DNA from: the human T2T-CHM13v2.0 reference genome, Homo sapiens | NCBI RefSeq assembly: GCF_009914755.1 | Contig: NC_060925.1 | DNA: 64,000 bases | Direction: 5' to 3' (one strand) | Shown: piece by piece, positions 45,059 through 59,882 of the stretch | How positions within the stretch are numbered: position 1 is the stretch's first letter | Layout of the letters: each line of letters opens with the position of its first letter | The notes under the pieces: model-generated | The model's database searches: none | Seen by the model: only the letters and a program-made list of their open reading frames with translations | What the model was told of the DNA's origin: nothing | Translations under genes and position numbers: made by a program

Positions 45059-46317
45059 TAAAATAACTTCTAAATTAAAAAAAAACCCAAAATGCTTACA
45101 CTGGGGTCATGTGACCCTTGGAAAGTAATGCTATCCCTCCGAGCCTCACTTTCCACCCCTGTAAATTACTAAGTAATGCCTATATTGCTTTTCTAGAGGG
45201 TGTTGTGCAGACTAAAGTCAATCAGATAAAATAAAAATATATTATTATTTATGACATTTTTTCAATATGATCTACTTAAAATGACAATCACCACAGCTAA
45301 AAGCCTTTTCTGGACTCCACATGGGAAGCAGGATAAAACCTCAGCTTTGTGCTCCAGCCCCAGACTCTGCCTGCCTCCCTTGCCTCATCTCCAGTTCTCT
45401 TTGACTCAAACCTTAAGCTTCAGCAACACCAGTGTAGACCTGTAGCCCCCTAAACACCATGCTGTTTCTCTCCTTACTTTCCATCTTCTGTCCTTCTGCC
45501 CGCACTGCCTTTCCCCACCTTGTTCACTGGGTTCCTAGGTTTTCTTCTGCATCATCTCAGGCACCCAGGAAGATTTCCCTGCCTCCTCCAAGATAGTTAA
45601 TTCGCCCCATCTGAAAGCAACTGAAGCTCCCTGGTACCCCTCCACCACTGCACTTACAATGCTGCATTGGATATTCCACTTAGTGCATCTCCTCACTCAG
45701 CCACAAACAGCTGGAGGGCAGTGACCTTCTGTCTTTGGCTGTTAGGTCCCTGGTGACCAGCATGGGGCCCAGCCTTCGCAGGTACTTTGAAACAGGACAC
45801 TAAAGCTTTGCAGTTTCGGATAAAGAAACGTGCAACTACCAATAAAACTACTCCCCACCCAGGGCCACTGCATAAGGTTTTATAGATTGTGCATTGCTCA
45901 AAGGCACCTGGCTGAGGAGGCAGGTAGGATCTGAAGTCCAACCCACACTTGGCTTGCCAAGCCACATGCCTTGGCCTGGGCTTGCATCAGCCCAGAGCAA
46001 TGGGAGACTTTTGCTTTGCAAAAAGGCTCCATTGACCCTCCGTGCTCAACTAGGGGTAGCCACAAGGCTGTACGCACCTATAGATGTATTAGGCTGTACC
46101 CACCTAATTCCTGCAGAGGTTCTGTGTGGGCTACCCAAAAGGCAGAAAACAGATGATTCACAGGGACCGTCATATCCTCACAGATCAATGCTAACCAATG
46201 CAAAACTCGCTTGTTAGAAGCAAACAGAGTTTGTATAGAAAAATTGATTTAATTTTACATCTTAGCATTGAAATATTTGTAATTTTCTAAATCATATTTA
46301 CAATATACCTTACAGTA

Positions 46318-46700
46318 TAGCCCACTTTGTCCAATAGAACTTTCTGGAGTGACAGAAATATTGTGCCCTTTCCAATACAGTAGCCACCAGCCACATGGGG
46401 CTATGAGTACTTGAAATATGGTCAGTATGACTCAGGAAGTGAGTTTTAAATTTTATTTAATTTTAATTAATTTAAATACTCACACACAGTAGCTATTTAA
46501 TACCATATTGAACAGTGCAGGTGTAGACAAAGTTTTCTTAAATTTTAGTGTGCATAGCAATGATCTGGGTACTTATCATAAAAATTGATTCCCAGGCCCC
46601 TCCCCAAGGAGTCAGATTCAGTAGACACGAGTGGGGCCAAGGAATTTGCCTTTTGAACCACCACCCCGAACTTCTCATACAGGTTGAAATTTGGACCACA
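46318..46700. mobile_element. MER3-like followed by MER5-like hAT MITEs
   Basis: TGTCCAATAGAACTTTCTG and GATTCCCAGGCCCCTCCCC...GATTCAGTAG. Confidence 0.7.
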
Positions 46701-49096
46701 TTTAGAGTTACTATTAAATGGGTTTAGGGTATCTTGGAGGAGTTAGTCTTAGGCCATTTTTTGACTTTGAATATTTTGGTCCCTAAGCTACAACTTCCTA
46801 TCCAAACACCCACCATGGAAGTTCTGGAATGAAAAAAGCACTTCCTAGAAGCAGCTTTTCTTGCTCTGCTGAATTGACATGGACATTTGTCCATGTCAGT
46901 TTGCTCTGCTATAAAGAAAATGAAACTCCCGTGGCTGGCAAGATGGCTGAATAGGAACACCTCCGGTCTGCAGCATCCAGTGAGGTCAATGCAGAAGGGG
47001 GGTGATTTCTGCATTTCCAACTGAGGTACCCAGCTCATCTCATTAGGACTGGTTAGACAGTGGGTGCAGCTCACGGAAGGTGAGCCAAAGCAGGGTGGGG
47101 CATTGCCTCACCCGGGAAGTGCAAGGGGTCAGGGAATTCCCTCCCCTAGCCAAGGGAAGCCGTGAGGGGCTGTGCTGTGAGGGACTGTGCCATGAGGAAT
47201 GGCGCATTTCAGCCCAGATATTACACTTTCCCACTATCTTCGCAACCCACAGACCAGGAGATTCCCCGGGGTGCCTATACCACCAGGACCCTGAGTTTCA
47301 AGCACAAAACTGGGTGGTTATTTGGGCAGACACCAAGCTAGCTGAAGGAGTTGTTTTTCATACCCCATTGGTGCCTGGAATGCCAGTGAGGCAGAACCAT
47401 TCACTCCCCTGGAAAGGGGGCTGAAGCCAGGGAGCCAAGTGGTCTAGCTCAGCGGATCCCACCCCCACAGAGCCCAGCAAGCTAAGATCCACTGGCTTGA
47501 AATTCTCACTGCTGGCACAACAGTCTGAAGTTGACCTGGGACTCTTGAGCTTGGAGGGGGAAGGGCGTCTGCCATTACTGAGGCTTGAGTAGGCGGTTTT
47601 CCCCTCACAGTGAAAACAAAGCCACATGGAAGTTTGAACTGGGCAGAGCCCACCACAGCTTGGCAAAGCCACTGTAGCCAGACTGCCTCTCTAGATTCCT
47701 CCTCTCTGGGCAGGACATCTCTGAAAGAAAAACAGCAGCCCCAGTTAGGGGCTTATGGATAAAACTCCCATCTCCCTGGGAGACAGCACCTGGGGAAGGG
47801 GGTGGCTGTGGGCACAGCTTCAACAGACTTAAACATTCCTGCCTGCCAGCTCTGAAGACAGCAACGGATCTCCCAGCACAGGGCTTGGGCTCTGCTAAGG
47901 GACAGACCACCTCCTTAAGTGGGTCCCTCACCTCAATACCTCCTGACTGGGAGACACCTCCCAGCAGGGGTCTACAGACACCTCATACAGGAGAGCTCTG
48001 GCTGGCTTCTGGTGGGTGCCCCTCTGGGATGAAGCTTCCAGAGGAAGGAACAGGCAGCAATCTTTGCTGTTCTGCAGCCTCCACTGGTGATACCTAGGCA
48101 AACAGGGTCTGGAGTGTACTTCCAGCAAACTCCAGCAGACCTGCAGCAGAAGGGCCTGTTAGAAGGAAAACTAACAGAAAGGAACAGCATTAACATTAAC
48201 AAAAAGGACATCCACACAACAACCCCATGTGAAGGTCACCAACATCAAAGACCAAAGGTAGATAAACCCATGAAGATGAGGAAACACCAATGCAAAAAGG
48301 CTGAAAATTCCAAAAACCAGAATGCCTCTTCTCCTCCAAAGGATCACAACTCCTTGCCAGCAAGGGAACAAAACTGGATGGAGAATGAGTTTGACAAATT
48401 AACAGAAGTAAGTTTCAGAAGGTGGGTAATAACAAACTCCTCCAAGCTAAAGAAGCATGTTCTAACCCAATGCAAGGAAGCTAAGTACCTTGAAAAAAGG
48501 TTAGAGAAATTGATAACTAGAATAACCAGTTTAGAGAAGAACATAAATGACCTGATGGAGCTGAAAAACACAGCACAAGAACTTCGTGAAGCATGCACGA
48601 GTATCACTAGCCAAATCAATCAAGTGGAAGAAAGGATATCAGAGATTGAAGATCAACTTAGTGAAATAAAGTGTGAAGACAAGATTAGAGAAAAAAGAAT
48701 GAAAAGGAATGAAAAAATCCTCCAAGAAATATGGGACTATGTGAAAAGACCAAATCTACGTCTGATTGGTGTACCTGAAAGTGATGGGGAGAATGGAAGC
48801 AAGTTGGAAAACACTCTTTGGGATATTATCCAGGATAACTTCCCCAACCTAGCAAGACAGACCAACATTCAAATTCAGGAAATACAGAGAAGACCACAAA
48901 GATACTCCTCAAGAAGAGCAACCCCAAGACACATAATTGGCAGATTCACCAAGGTTGAAATGAAGGAAAAAATGTTAAGGGCAGCCAGAGAGAAAGGTTG
49001 GGTTACCCACAAAGGGAAGCCCATCAGACTAACAGCGGATCTCTTGGCAGAAACCCTACAAGCCAGAAGAGAGTGGGAGGCCAATATTCAACATTC

Positions 49097-49401
49097 CTTT
49101 TATTTTTTTTTTTATTTTTTGAGACTGAGTCTCGCTCTGTCCCCTAGGCTGGAGTGCAGTGGCATGAACTCGGCTCACTGCAAGCTCTGCCTCCCGGGTT
49201 CATGCCATTCTCCTGCCTCAGCCTCCTGAGTAGCTGGGACTACAGGTGCCTGCCACCACACCCGGCTAATTTTTTATATTTTTAGTAGAGACGGGGTTTC
49301 ACCATGTTAGCCAGGATGGTCTCAATCTCCTGACCTCGTGATCCACCTGTCTTGGCCTCCCAAAGTGCTGGGATTACAGGTGTGAGCCACCGAGCCCGGC
49401 C
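49097..49401 (-). mobile_element. AluY, antisense, in L1 ORF1
   Basis: Y diagnostics GCAAGCTC, GCCATTCTCC and GTTAGCCAGGATGG; TSD TCAACATTC. Confidence 0.95.
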
Positions 49402-49522
49402 TCAACATTCTCAAAGAAAAGAATTTTCAACCCAGAATTTCATATCCAGCCAAACTAAGCTTCATAATTGAAGGAGAAATAAAATTATTTACAGACAAGC
49501 AAATACTTAAAGATTTTGTCAC

Positions 49523-51413
49523 TCTCCCTCTCCCTCTCCCTCTCCCCCTTCTTTCTTTCTACGGTCTCCCTCTGTTGCCGAGCCTGGACTGTACTGCCAT
49601 GATCTCGGCTCGCTGCAACCTCCCTGCCTCGGGCTCCTGTGATTCTCCTGCCTCGGCCTGCCGAGTGCCTGGGATTCCAGGCACGCGCTGACACTCCTGA
49701 CTGGTTTTTGTATTTTTGGTGGAGACGGGGTTTTGCCGTGTTGACCGGGCTGGTCTCCAGCTCCTGGCCTCAGGTGATCTGCCCGCCTCGGCCTCCCAAG
49801 GTGCTGGGATTGCAGACAGAGTCTCGCTCACTCAATGCTCAATGTTGCCCAGGCTGGAGTGCAGTGGCGTGATCTCGGCTCGCTACAACCTCCACCTCCC
49901 AGCCGCCTGCCTTGGCCTCCCAAAGTGCTAAGATTACAGCCTCTGCCCGCCCGCCACCCTATCTAGGAAGTGAGCAGCATCTCTGCCTGGCCGCCCATCA
50001 TCTGGGATGTGAGGAGCCCCTCTGCCCGGCTGCCCCATCTGGGAAGTGAGGAGCGCCTCTGCCCAGCCGCCACCCCATCTAGGAAGTGAGAAGCATCTCT
50101 GCCTGGCCGCTGATCGTCTGGGATGTGAGGAGTGCCTCTGCCCGGCCGCCCCGTCTGGGAGGTGGGGAGCGCCTCTGCCCGGCCGCCCCGTCTGGGAGGT
50201 GGGGAGCGCCTCGGCCCGGCCGCCGCCCCGTCTGGGAGGTGGGGAGCGCCTCTGCCCGGCCGCCCCGTCTGGGAGGTGGGGAGCGCCTCGGCCCGGCCGC
50301 CACCCCATCTGGGAGGTGGGGAGCGCCTCTGCCTGGCAACCCCGTCTGGGAAGTGAGGAGTGCCTCTGCCCAGCCGCCACCCTGTCTGGGAAGTGGGGAG
50401 CGCCTTGGCCCGGCCACCAACCCATCTGGGAGGTGAGGAGCCCTTCTGCCTGGCAGCCCCGTCTGGGAAGTGAGGAGCACCTCTGCCTGGCCACCACCCT
50501 GTCTGGGAAGTGGGGAGCGCCTCTGCCTGGCCGCCCCGTCTGGGATGTGAGGAGCGCCTCTGCCCGGCCGCCCCGTCTGGGATGTGAGGAGCGCCTCCGC
50601 CTGGCCGCCCTGTTTGGGAGGTGAGGAGCGCCTCTGCCCGGCTGCCCCATCTGGGAACTGAGGAGGGCCTCTGCCTGGCTGCCCCTTCTGGGAGGAGAGG
50701 AGCGTCTCAGCGCGGCCGCCCCATCTGGGAGGTGAGGAGCACCTCTGCACGGCCACCCATCGTCTGGGAGGTGAGGAGCACCTCTGCCCGGCCACCCATC
50801 ATCTGGGATGTGAAGAGCGCCTCTGCCTGGCCGCCCCATCTGGGAAGTGAGGAGCACCTCTGCCCAGCCGCCCCATCTGGGAGGTGTACCCAACAGCTCC
50901 GAAGAGACAGCAACCATCAAGAACTGGCCATGATGACGATGGCGGTTTTGTCAAAAAGAAAAGGGGGAAATGTGGGGAAAAGAAAGAGAGATCAGATTGT
51001 TACTGTGTCTGTGTAGAAAGAAGTAGACATAGGAGACTCCATTTTGTTCTGTACTAAGAAAAATTCTTCTGCCTTGGGATGCTGTTAATCTATAACCTTA
51101 CCCTCAACCCCGTGCTCTCTGAAACATGTGCTGTCTCAACTCAGGGTTAAATGGATTAAGGGCGGTGCAAGATGTACTTTGTTAAACAGATGCTTGAAGG
51201 CAGCATGCTCGTTAAGAGTCATCACCACTCCCTAATCTCAAGTACCCAGGGACACAAACACTGCGGAAGGCCGCAGGGACCTCTGCCTAGGAAAACCAGA
51301 GACCTTTGTTCATGTGTTTATCTGCTGACCTTCTCTCCACTATTATCCTATGACCCTGCCACATCCCCCTCTCCGAGAAACACCCAAGAATGATCAATAA
51401 ATAAATAAAAAAA
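49523..51413 (+). mobile_element. Full-length SVA (SVA_A-type)
   Basis: Short CCCTCT hexamer head, Alu-like domain, GC-rich VNTR (~49940-50885), SINE-R, AATAAA and A tail; 14-bp TSD AAAGATTTTGTCAC at 49509-49522 and 51414-51427. Confidence 0.97.
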
Positions 51414-51584
51414 AAAGATTTTGTCACCACCAGGCCTGCCTTACAAGAGCTCCTGAAGGAAGCACTAAATATGGAAAGGAAAAACCAGTACCAGCTACTG
51501 CAAAAACATACCAAATGATAAAGACCATCAACACTATGAAGAAACTGCATCAACTAATGAGCAAAATAACCAGCTAGCATCATA

Positions 51585-54500
51585 ATGACAGGATCAAATT
51601 CACACATAACAATATTAACCTTAAATGTAAATGGGCTAAATGCTCCAATTAAAAGACACAGACTGGCAAATTGGATAAAGAGTCAACACCTATATCGGTG
51701 TGCTGTATTCGGGAAACCCATCTCACATGCAAAGACACACATAGGCTCAAAATAAAGGGATGGAGGAATATTTACCACGCAAATGGAAAGCAAAAAAAAA
51801 GCAGGGGTTGCAATCTTGGTCTCTGATAAAATAGACTTTAAACCAACGAAGATCAAAAAAGACAAAGAAGGGCATCACATAATGGTAAAGGGATCAATCC
51901 AACAAGAAGAGCTAACTATCCTAAATATATACGTACCCAATACAGAGCACCCAGATTCATAAAGCAAGTTCTTAGAGACCTACAAAGAGACTTAGACCCC
52001 CACACAATAATAATGGGAGACTTTAACACCCCACTGTCAATATTAGACAGATCAAAGAGACAGAAAATTAACAAGGATATTCAGGACTTGAACTCAGCTC
52101 TGGACCAAGCAGACCTAATAGACATCTACAGAACTCTCCACCCCAAATCAACAGAATATACATTCTTCTCAGCACCACACTGCACTTATTCTAAGATTGA
52201 CCACGTAATTGGAAGTAAAACACTCCTCAGCAAATGCGAAAGAACAGAAATCATAACAAACAGTCTCTCAGACCACAGTGCAATCAAATTAGAACTCAGG
52301 ATTAAGAAACTCACTTAAAACCGCACAACTACATGGAAACTGAACAACCTGCTCCTGAATGACTACTGGGTAAATAATGAAATTAAGGAAGAAATAAATA
52401 AGTTCTTTGAAACCAATGAGAACAAAGACACAATGTACCAGAATCTCTGGGACACAGCTAAAGCAGTGTTTAGAGGGAAATTTATAGCACTAAATGCCCA
52501 CAGGAGAAAGTGGGAAAGATCTAAAATCAACACCCTAACATCACAATTAAAAGAACTAGAGAAGCAAGAGCAAATAAATTCAAAAGCTAGCAGAAGACAA
52601 GAAATAACTAAGATCAAAGCAGAACTGAAGGAGACAGAAACACAAAAAACCCTTTAAAAAAATCATTGAATCCGGGAGCTGGTTTTTTGAAAAGATCAAC
52701 AAAATAGATAGACCACTTGCCAGACTAATAAAGAAGAAAACAAAGAAGAATCAAATAGACATAATAAAAAATGATAAAGGGGATATCATCACTGATCCCA
52801 CAGAAATACAAACTACCATCAGAGAATACTATAAACACCTCTACGCAAGAGTAAAATTACTCTTCTAGAAAATCTAGAAGAAATGGATAAATTCCTGGAC
52901 ACATACACCCTCCCAAGACTAAACCAGGAAAAAGTCGAATCCCTGAATAGATCAATAACAAGTTCTGAAATTGAGGCAGTAATTAATAGCCTACCAACCA
53001 AAAAAAAGCCCAGGATCAGATGGATTCACAGCCGAATTCTACCAGAAGTACAAAGAAGAGCTGGTACCATTCCTTCTGAAACGATTTCAAACAACAGAAA
53101 AAGAGGGTCTCCTCCCTAACTCACTTTTATGAGGCCAGCATCATCCTGATACCAAAACATGGCAGAGACACAACAAAAAAAGAAAATTTCAGGCCAATAT
53201 CCCTGATGAACATCAATGCAAAAATCCTCAATAAAATATTGGCAAACCAAATCCAGCAGGACATCAAAAAGCTTATCCACCACGATCAAGTTAGTTTCAT
53301 CCCTGGGACGCAAGGCTGGTTCAACATACACAAATCAATAAACATAATCCATCACATAAACAGAACCAATGACAAAAACCATATGATTATCTCTATAGAT
53401 GCAGACAAGGCCTTCAATAAAATTCCACACCCTTTCATGCTAAAAACTCTCAATAAACTAGGTATTGATGGAATGTATCTCAAAATATTAAGAGTTATTT
53501 ATGACAAACCTACAGCCAATATCATACTGAATGGGCAAAAGCCGGAAGCATTCCCTTTGAAAACTGGCACAAGACAGGGATGCCCTCTCTCACCACTCCT
53601 ATTCAACATAGTATTGGAAGTTCTGGCCAGGGCAATCAGGCAAGAAAAAGAGTATTCAAGTAGGGAGAGAGGAAGTTGAATTGTCTCTGTTCAGAGATGA
53701 CATGATTGTATATTTAGAAAACCCCCTCGTCTCAGCCCAAAATCTCCTGAAGCTGATAAGCAACTTCAGCAAAGTCTCAGGATACAAAATCAATGTGCAA
53801 AAATCTCAAGCATTCCTATACATCAATAATAGACAAACAGAGAGCCAAATCATGAATGAACTCCCATTCACAATTACTACAAAGAGAATAAAATACCCAG
53901 GAATACAACTTACAAGGGATGTGAAGGACCTCTTCACGAGAACTACAAACCACTGCTCAAGGAAATAAGAGAGGACACAAACAAAAGAAGAACTTTCCAT
54001 GCTCATGGATAAAAAGAATCAATATCATGAAAATGGCCATACTGTCCAAAGTAATTTATAGATTCAATGCTATCCCCATCAAGCTACCACTGACTTTCTT
54101 CACAGAATTAGATAAAACTACTTTAAATTTCATATGGAACCAAAAACGAGCCCGCATTGCCAAGACAATCCTAAGCAAGAAGAACAAAGCTGGAGGCATC
54201 AGGCTACCTGACTTCAAACTGTACTATAAGTCTACAGTAACCAAAACAGCATGGTACTGGCACCAAAACAGATATATAGACCAATGGAACAGGACAGAGG
54301 CCTCGGAAATAATGCCGCACATCTACAACCATCTGATCTTTGATAAACCTGACAAAAAGAAGCAATGGGGAAATGATTCCCTATTAAATAAATGGTGTTG
54401 GGAAAACTGGCTAGCCATATGCAGAAAACTGAAATTGGACCCCTTCCTTACAACTTCTACAAAAATTGACTCAAGATGGATTAAAGACTTAAAGGTAAAA

Positions 54501-55411
54501 CCTAAAACCATAGAAACCATAGAAGAAAACCTAAGCAATACCATTCAGGACATAGGCATGGGCAAGGACTTCATGACTAAAACACCAAAAGCAATGGCAA
54601 CAAAGGCCAAAATTGACAAATGGGATCTAATTAAACTAAAGAGCTTCTGCACAGCAAAAGAAACTACCATCAGAGTGAACAGGCAACCTACAAAATGGGA
54701 GAAAATTTGTGCAATCTATCTATCTGACAAAGGGCTAATATCCAGAATCTATAAGAAACTTAAATTTACAAGAAAAAAAACAACCCCATCGAAAAGTGGG
54801 CAAAGGATATGAACAGACACTTCTCAAAAGAAGACATTTATGTGGCCAACAAACATATGAAAAAAAGCTCATCATCATTGGTCATCAGAGAAATGCAAAG
54901 CAAAATCACAGTGAGATACCATCTCAACGCCAGTTAGAATAGCTGTCATTAAGAAGTCATGAAACAGCAAACGCTGGAGAGGATGTGGAGAAATAGGAAT
55001 GCTTTTACACTGTTGGTGAGAGTGTAAATTAGTTCAACCATTGTGGAAGACAATGTGGCGATTCCTCAAGGATCTAGAACCAGAAATACCATTTGACCCA
55101 GCAATCCCATTACTGGGTTTATACCCAAAGGATTATAAATCATTTTACTATAAAGACACATGCACACGTATGTTTATTGCAGCACTATTCACAATAGCAA
55201 AGACTTGGAACCAACCCAAATGCCCATTAATGATAGACTGGATAAAGAAAATGTGGCGTATATACACCATGGAATACCATGCAGCCATAAAAAGAGGATG
55301 AGTTCATGTCTTGCAGGAACATGGATGAAGCTGGAAACCATCATTCTCAGCAAACTAACACAGGAACAGAAAACCAAACACTGCATGTTCTCACTCATAA
55401 GTGAGAGTTGA
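51585..55411 (+). pseudogene. L1 ORF2 (endonuclease/reverse transcriptase), inactivated by stops and frameshifts
   Basis: EN motifs GDFNTPL and SDHSAI; RT motifs [13 protein letters not shown] and LFRDDMIVY (FADD mutated); pieces lie in several frames. Confidence 0.95.
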
Positions 55412-55611
55412 ACAATGAGAACATGGACACAGGGAGGGGAACATCACACACGGGGGCCTGTTGGGGGATGGGGGGGCTAGGGGAGGGATAGCATTAGGAG
55501 AAATACTTAATGTAGATGATGGGTTGATGGGTGCAGCAAACCATCATGGCACGTGTATACCTATGTAATACGTTCTGCAAACATATCTGCACGTTCTGCA
55601 CATGTATCCCA

Positions 55612-55898
<287 letters not shown>

Positions 55899-57862
55899 TT
55901 AATAAAACGAAAAAAATGAAACTCTATCAGTGGCAACAGCTATAGACTGAATTAACCACCTAAGACCATTTCTTCTTCCCTCCTTCTTTCCTTCTTCCCC
56001 AGACTAACTCCACCCCCAATACCAGCCTCTCTGCAATGACCCCCTGCCCACACAATGAGACCTCCCACACAAGCAGCAGGGCTGTGCTTGGATGAGAAAT
56101 CTCTCATTTGAGTGACTTAAGGAAATGTCTCTTACTCTTCCAGGGCAGGTCCTTCAAAGTTGCCACTTAGTTCAACTGAAGCCAGAGAGGTGGCCAGAAG
56201 ATGAGATGCCAGCACTCTCCCTACAAAGTATCCTGGGTCCCGTGGCCTCTCAGTTTGGGGACATAAAACAAGGTCATGATTATGTTGATATCCCAATTGC
56301 AATGACTCTGAGCAAGCCCTCCCTTCCCCAACCAGAACTGAGCCCCTCAAGGGGCCCCTAGTAAATTCTGGGAACTGCCCCAGGAAAGCTTCACGTTGGG
56401 CACAGGCCAGGCTTCCAGCAGCACCAACCACAGGGGGCTGCCCTGAGGTGCCTCTTCCTCTGGCTTCCACTCACCCGTTAAGCAGCTTGAAAACGCCTTC
56501 AAAGGCCACCAATCCTGAGTTCTGTACGGAGGGAGGAGAATGGCCTTTCCCTACTCCGAGGCCGCACTTTGTCACCTGGGTCCTAAAGCATCCCAGCTTG
56601 TGCCCAGAATCTCACCAAGTCTGCCATGAAAATAATTCCATCCAATTCTGATCCTTATCCCTGTAGAGATGAAACCCAGGCCAAGGACAGACAGTGGAGA
56701 AGAGATCCATGAAACCCCTTCTTTCTTCTTCTCCCAATTACAAAGCTTAAGTGTCGTGCATATAAATAGAGACAGAGGAAGGGGACAAGAACACTTCCAA
56801 TAACCGGGTTGCAGTTCAGCCAAAATTGCCCCTGAGGCACATAAATGAAAACCAGTCCAGTTAGATAAATCAAGGACATCTGCCTTCTCCCTGTGGCTCT
56901 AAATCAATGGCAGGTATATACCAAGAAGAGCACAGAGTCAGCAATGCTGCAGTCTGAATGGCGGGGAGGGGAGAGTGGAGAGGACGAAGCCACAAAGCTT
57001 TCTTCTTTATAAGAAAGTATTTATTTATAATACAAACATTTTGCCTCTCCTGGAGAGCATCACCTTTCTTCTTTTCGTTCCTTTTACCTGCTTGAAAGCA
57101 CAGTTCATTGATTCAGGCTTTTCGCTGGGTCAGCCCACTTTCAACAGACTCTAAGGAAGAGTAGTTAACTCCTGCTCTGAGACCCTCAGGGCAACTGGGC
57201 ATAATAGAATCTCTCTGAGACTCCTGCAGCCCTTGGCGAAGAGTCTATTCTAGGTATCCAGTTCACATTTTCTCTCAAACTAGTACTAAGTTGAAAAAAT
57301 AGCATCATAGAGTCTGCCACTACCTGGAGTCAGGGCTTGGCTGTCGATTCAACACAACTACATCTCATCGGATGAAAAGTCAATTTCAATAATAAGATAT
57401 CTGGGAAGGCTTCAGAAGCTAATTTTCCCATCCTTGGATAATCTGGTACTGCTGACTGACTGTTCCGGGGCGTAACCTGCCAGCCGGTGCCTTCACCAAA
57501 CACAGAGCACTAGCACCCTGCCCTGGCACCCCAGCCCCGGCCCCTTTCCAACTGAGCTGCCGCACACGACTTGGGGAGCCATCTCTGGCTGCCATTCAGG
57601 GGAAGACAGATGGCTGAGAAAAGATTTTCTAGAGTTTCCTGACCAGATTTCTCTCCTATGTATCATGAAGCAAACCGTGGCTTTAAGATTCATCCCTGGA
57701 GCAGCAGGCAGCCACCGTCTCTGAGTCGAGTCCTGCTTGGTTGGGAATTTATTTCTAAACACTACGGGATTTGGGTCAGGGCTTGCATTTTAAGCAGCCC
57801 ATTTTCATTTTCTGGGACATAGGTAAGAAGAGAGGACAAGCTTAGATTTTCACAGGTGGTAT

Positions 57863-58432
57863 TGTTGCCATAAAAAGGGGTCCCAATCCAGACCCCAAGA
57901 TAGAGTTCTTGAATCTTGTGCAGGAAAGAACTCAGGCCGAGTCACAGGGCTTGGGAGCACAGTGAAAGAAGCAAGATTATTGGAAACTACTCCATTATGG
58001 AGTAGAGAGTCCTTGGAAAGCAGGAGGAGGAACTCGTGTCCTTCCTTTGTTAGGGTCGCTACTTTTAAGAAACTATAAGGAGCTATAATTAAGCTTGAAA
58101 TGTGCAGATGTATGCATTAAAGGTAGGGGCTATTGGTGCTATCAGTGACCACTCATCTTTCAACCTAAGCCTGCTCATTAACATTATCTTTAAGTCAAGT
58201 GGGGGGCACTCAGAACATCTGGATGTTCTGTGGGCTTGGTGAAAGATGTTCTGTATGGCCACAAATATTCTGCACTTATAAGTGGTGGCCAGCTTAGAAT
58301 GTGGCTATTTTCAAACCATAAGTATTAACCTTATAGGTGCTGTGTGAGTGCCTAGTTACTCAATTTAAGATGGAATCACTCTGGTCATATTTTATTAAAT
58401 CAGAGGCCTGGTAAGCAGGGGCTCCTCTAACA
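57863..58432 (-). mobile_element. Solo ERV1 LTR (MER41/LTR26 group), 570 bp
   Basis: TG...CA ends; AAAGGGGTCCCAATCCAGACCCCAAGA motif. Confidence 0.8.
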
Positions 58433-58639
58433 TTATTAAATCAAAGAGAGAGGCAGACAAGAACAGTGAGATCAGGCAAGAGTCTGAAAATGGCACTGGA
58501 TGTGGGACAGAGCTGCCCCATTGCACCACAGGGAGCTGAAGAGAAGGGCCCTGCCATTGACTGCCACCCAGCTGTAGGCCAGGTACCCTCCTAGGCACTT
58601 TACGTATGATAGCTCACTTATTCTTTGAATCTCTGACCT

Positions 58640-59882
<1,243 letters not shown>

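Larger units (their letters stand above)
48276..51518 (+). pseudogene. L1 ORF1p, disrupted near its C-terminus by a frameshift, an AluY and an SVA
   Basis: [18 protein letters not shown]...[18 protein letters not shown] is open to ~49077. The remainder lies at 49402-49522 and 51428-51518. Confidence 0.9.

Noticed and set aside
49934-50920. 328, 238 and 192 aa ORFs rich in G/R/P
   Set aside because: Translations of the stop-poor SVA VNTR; repetitive and open on both strands.
51585-55411. Retrotransposition-competent L1 or novel reverse transcriptase system
   Set aside because: Ordinary L1 ORF2 with multiple stops, frameshifts and a mutated FADD motif.
57863-58432. MER41-type interferon-inducible enhancer
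   Set aside because: I saw no intact TTCnnnGAA GAS motif, and the subfamily is uncertain.
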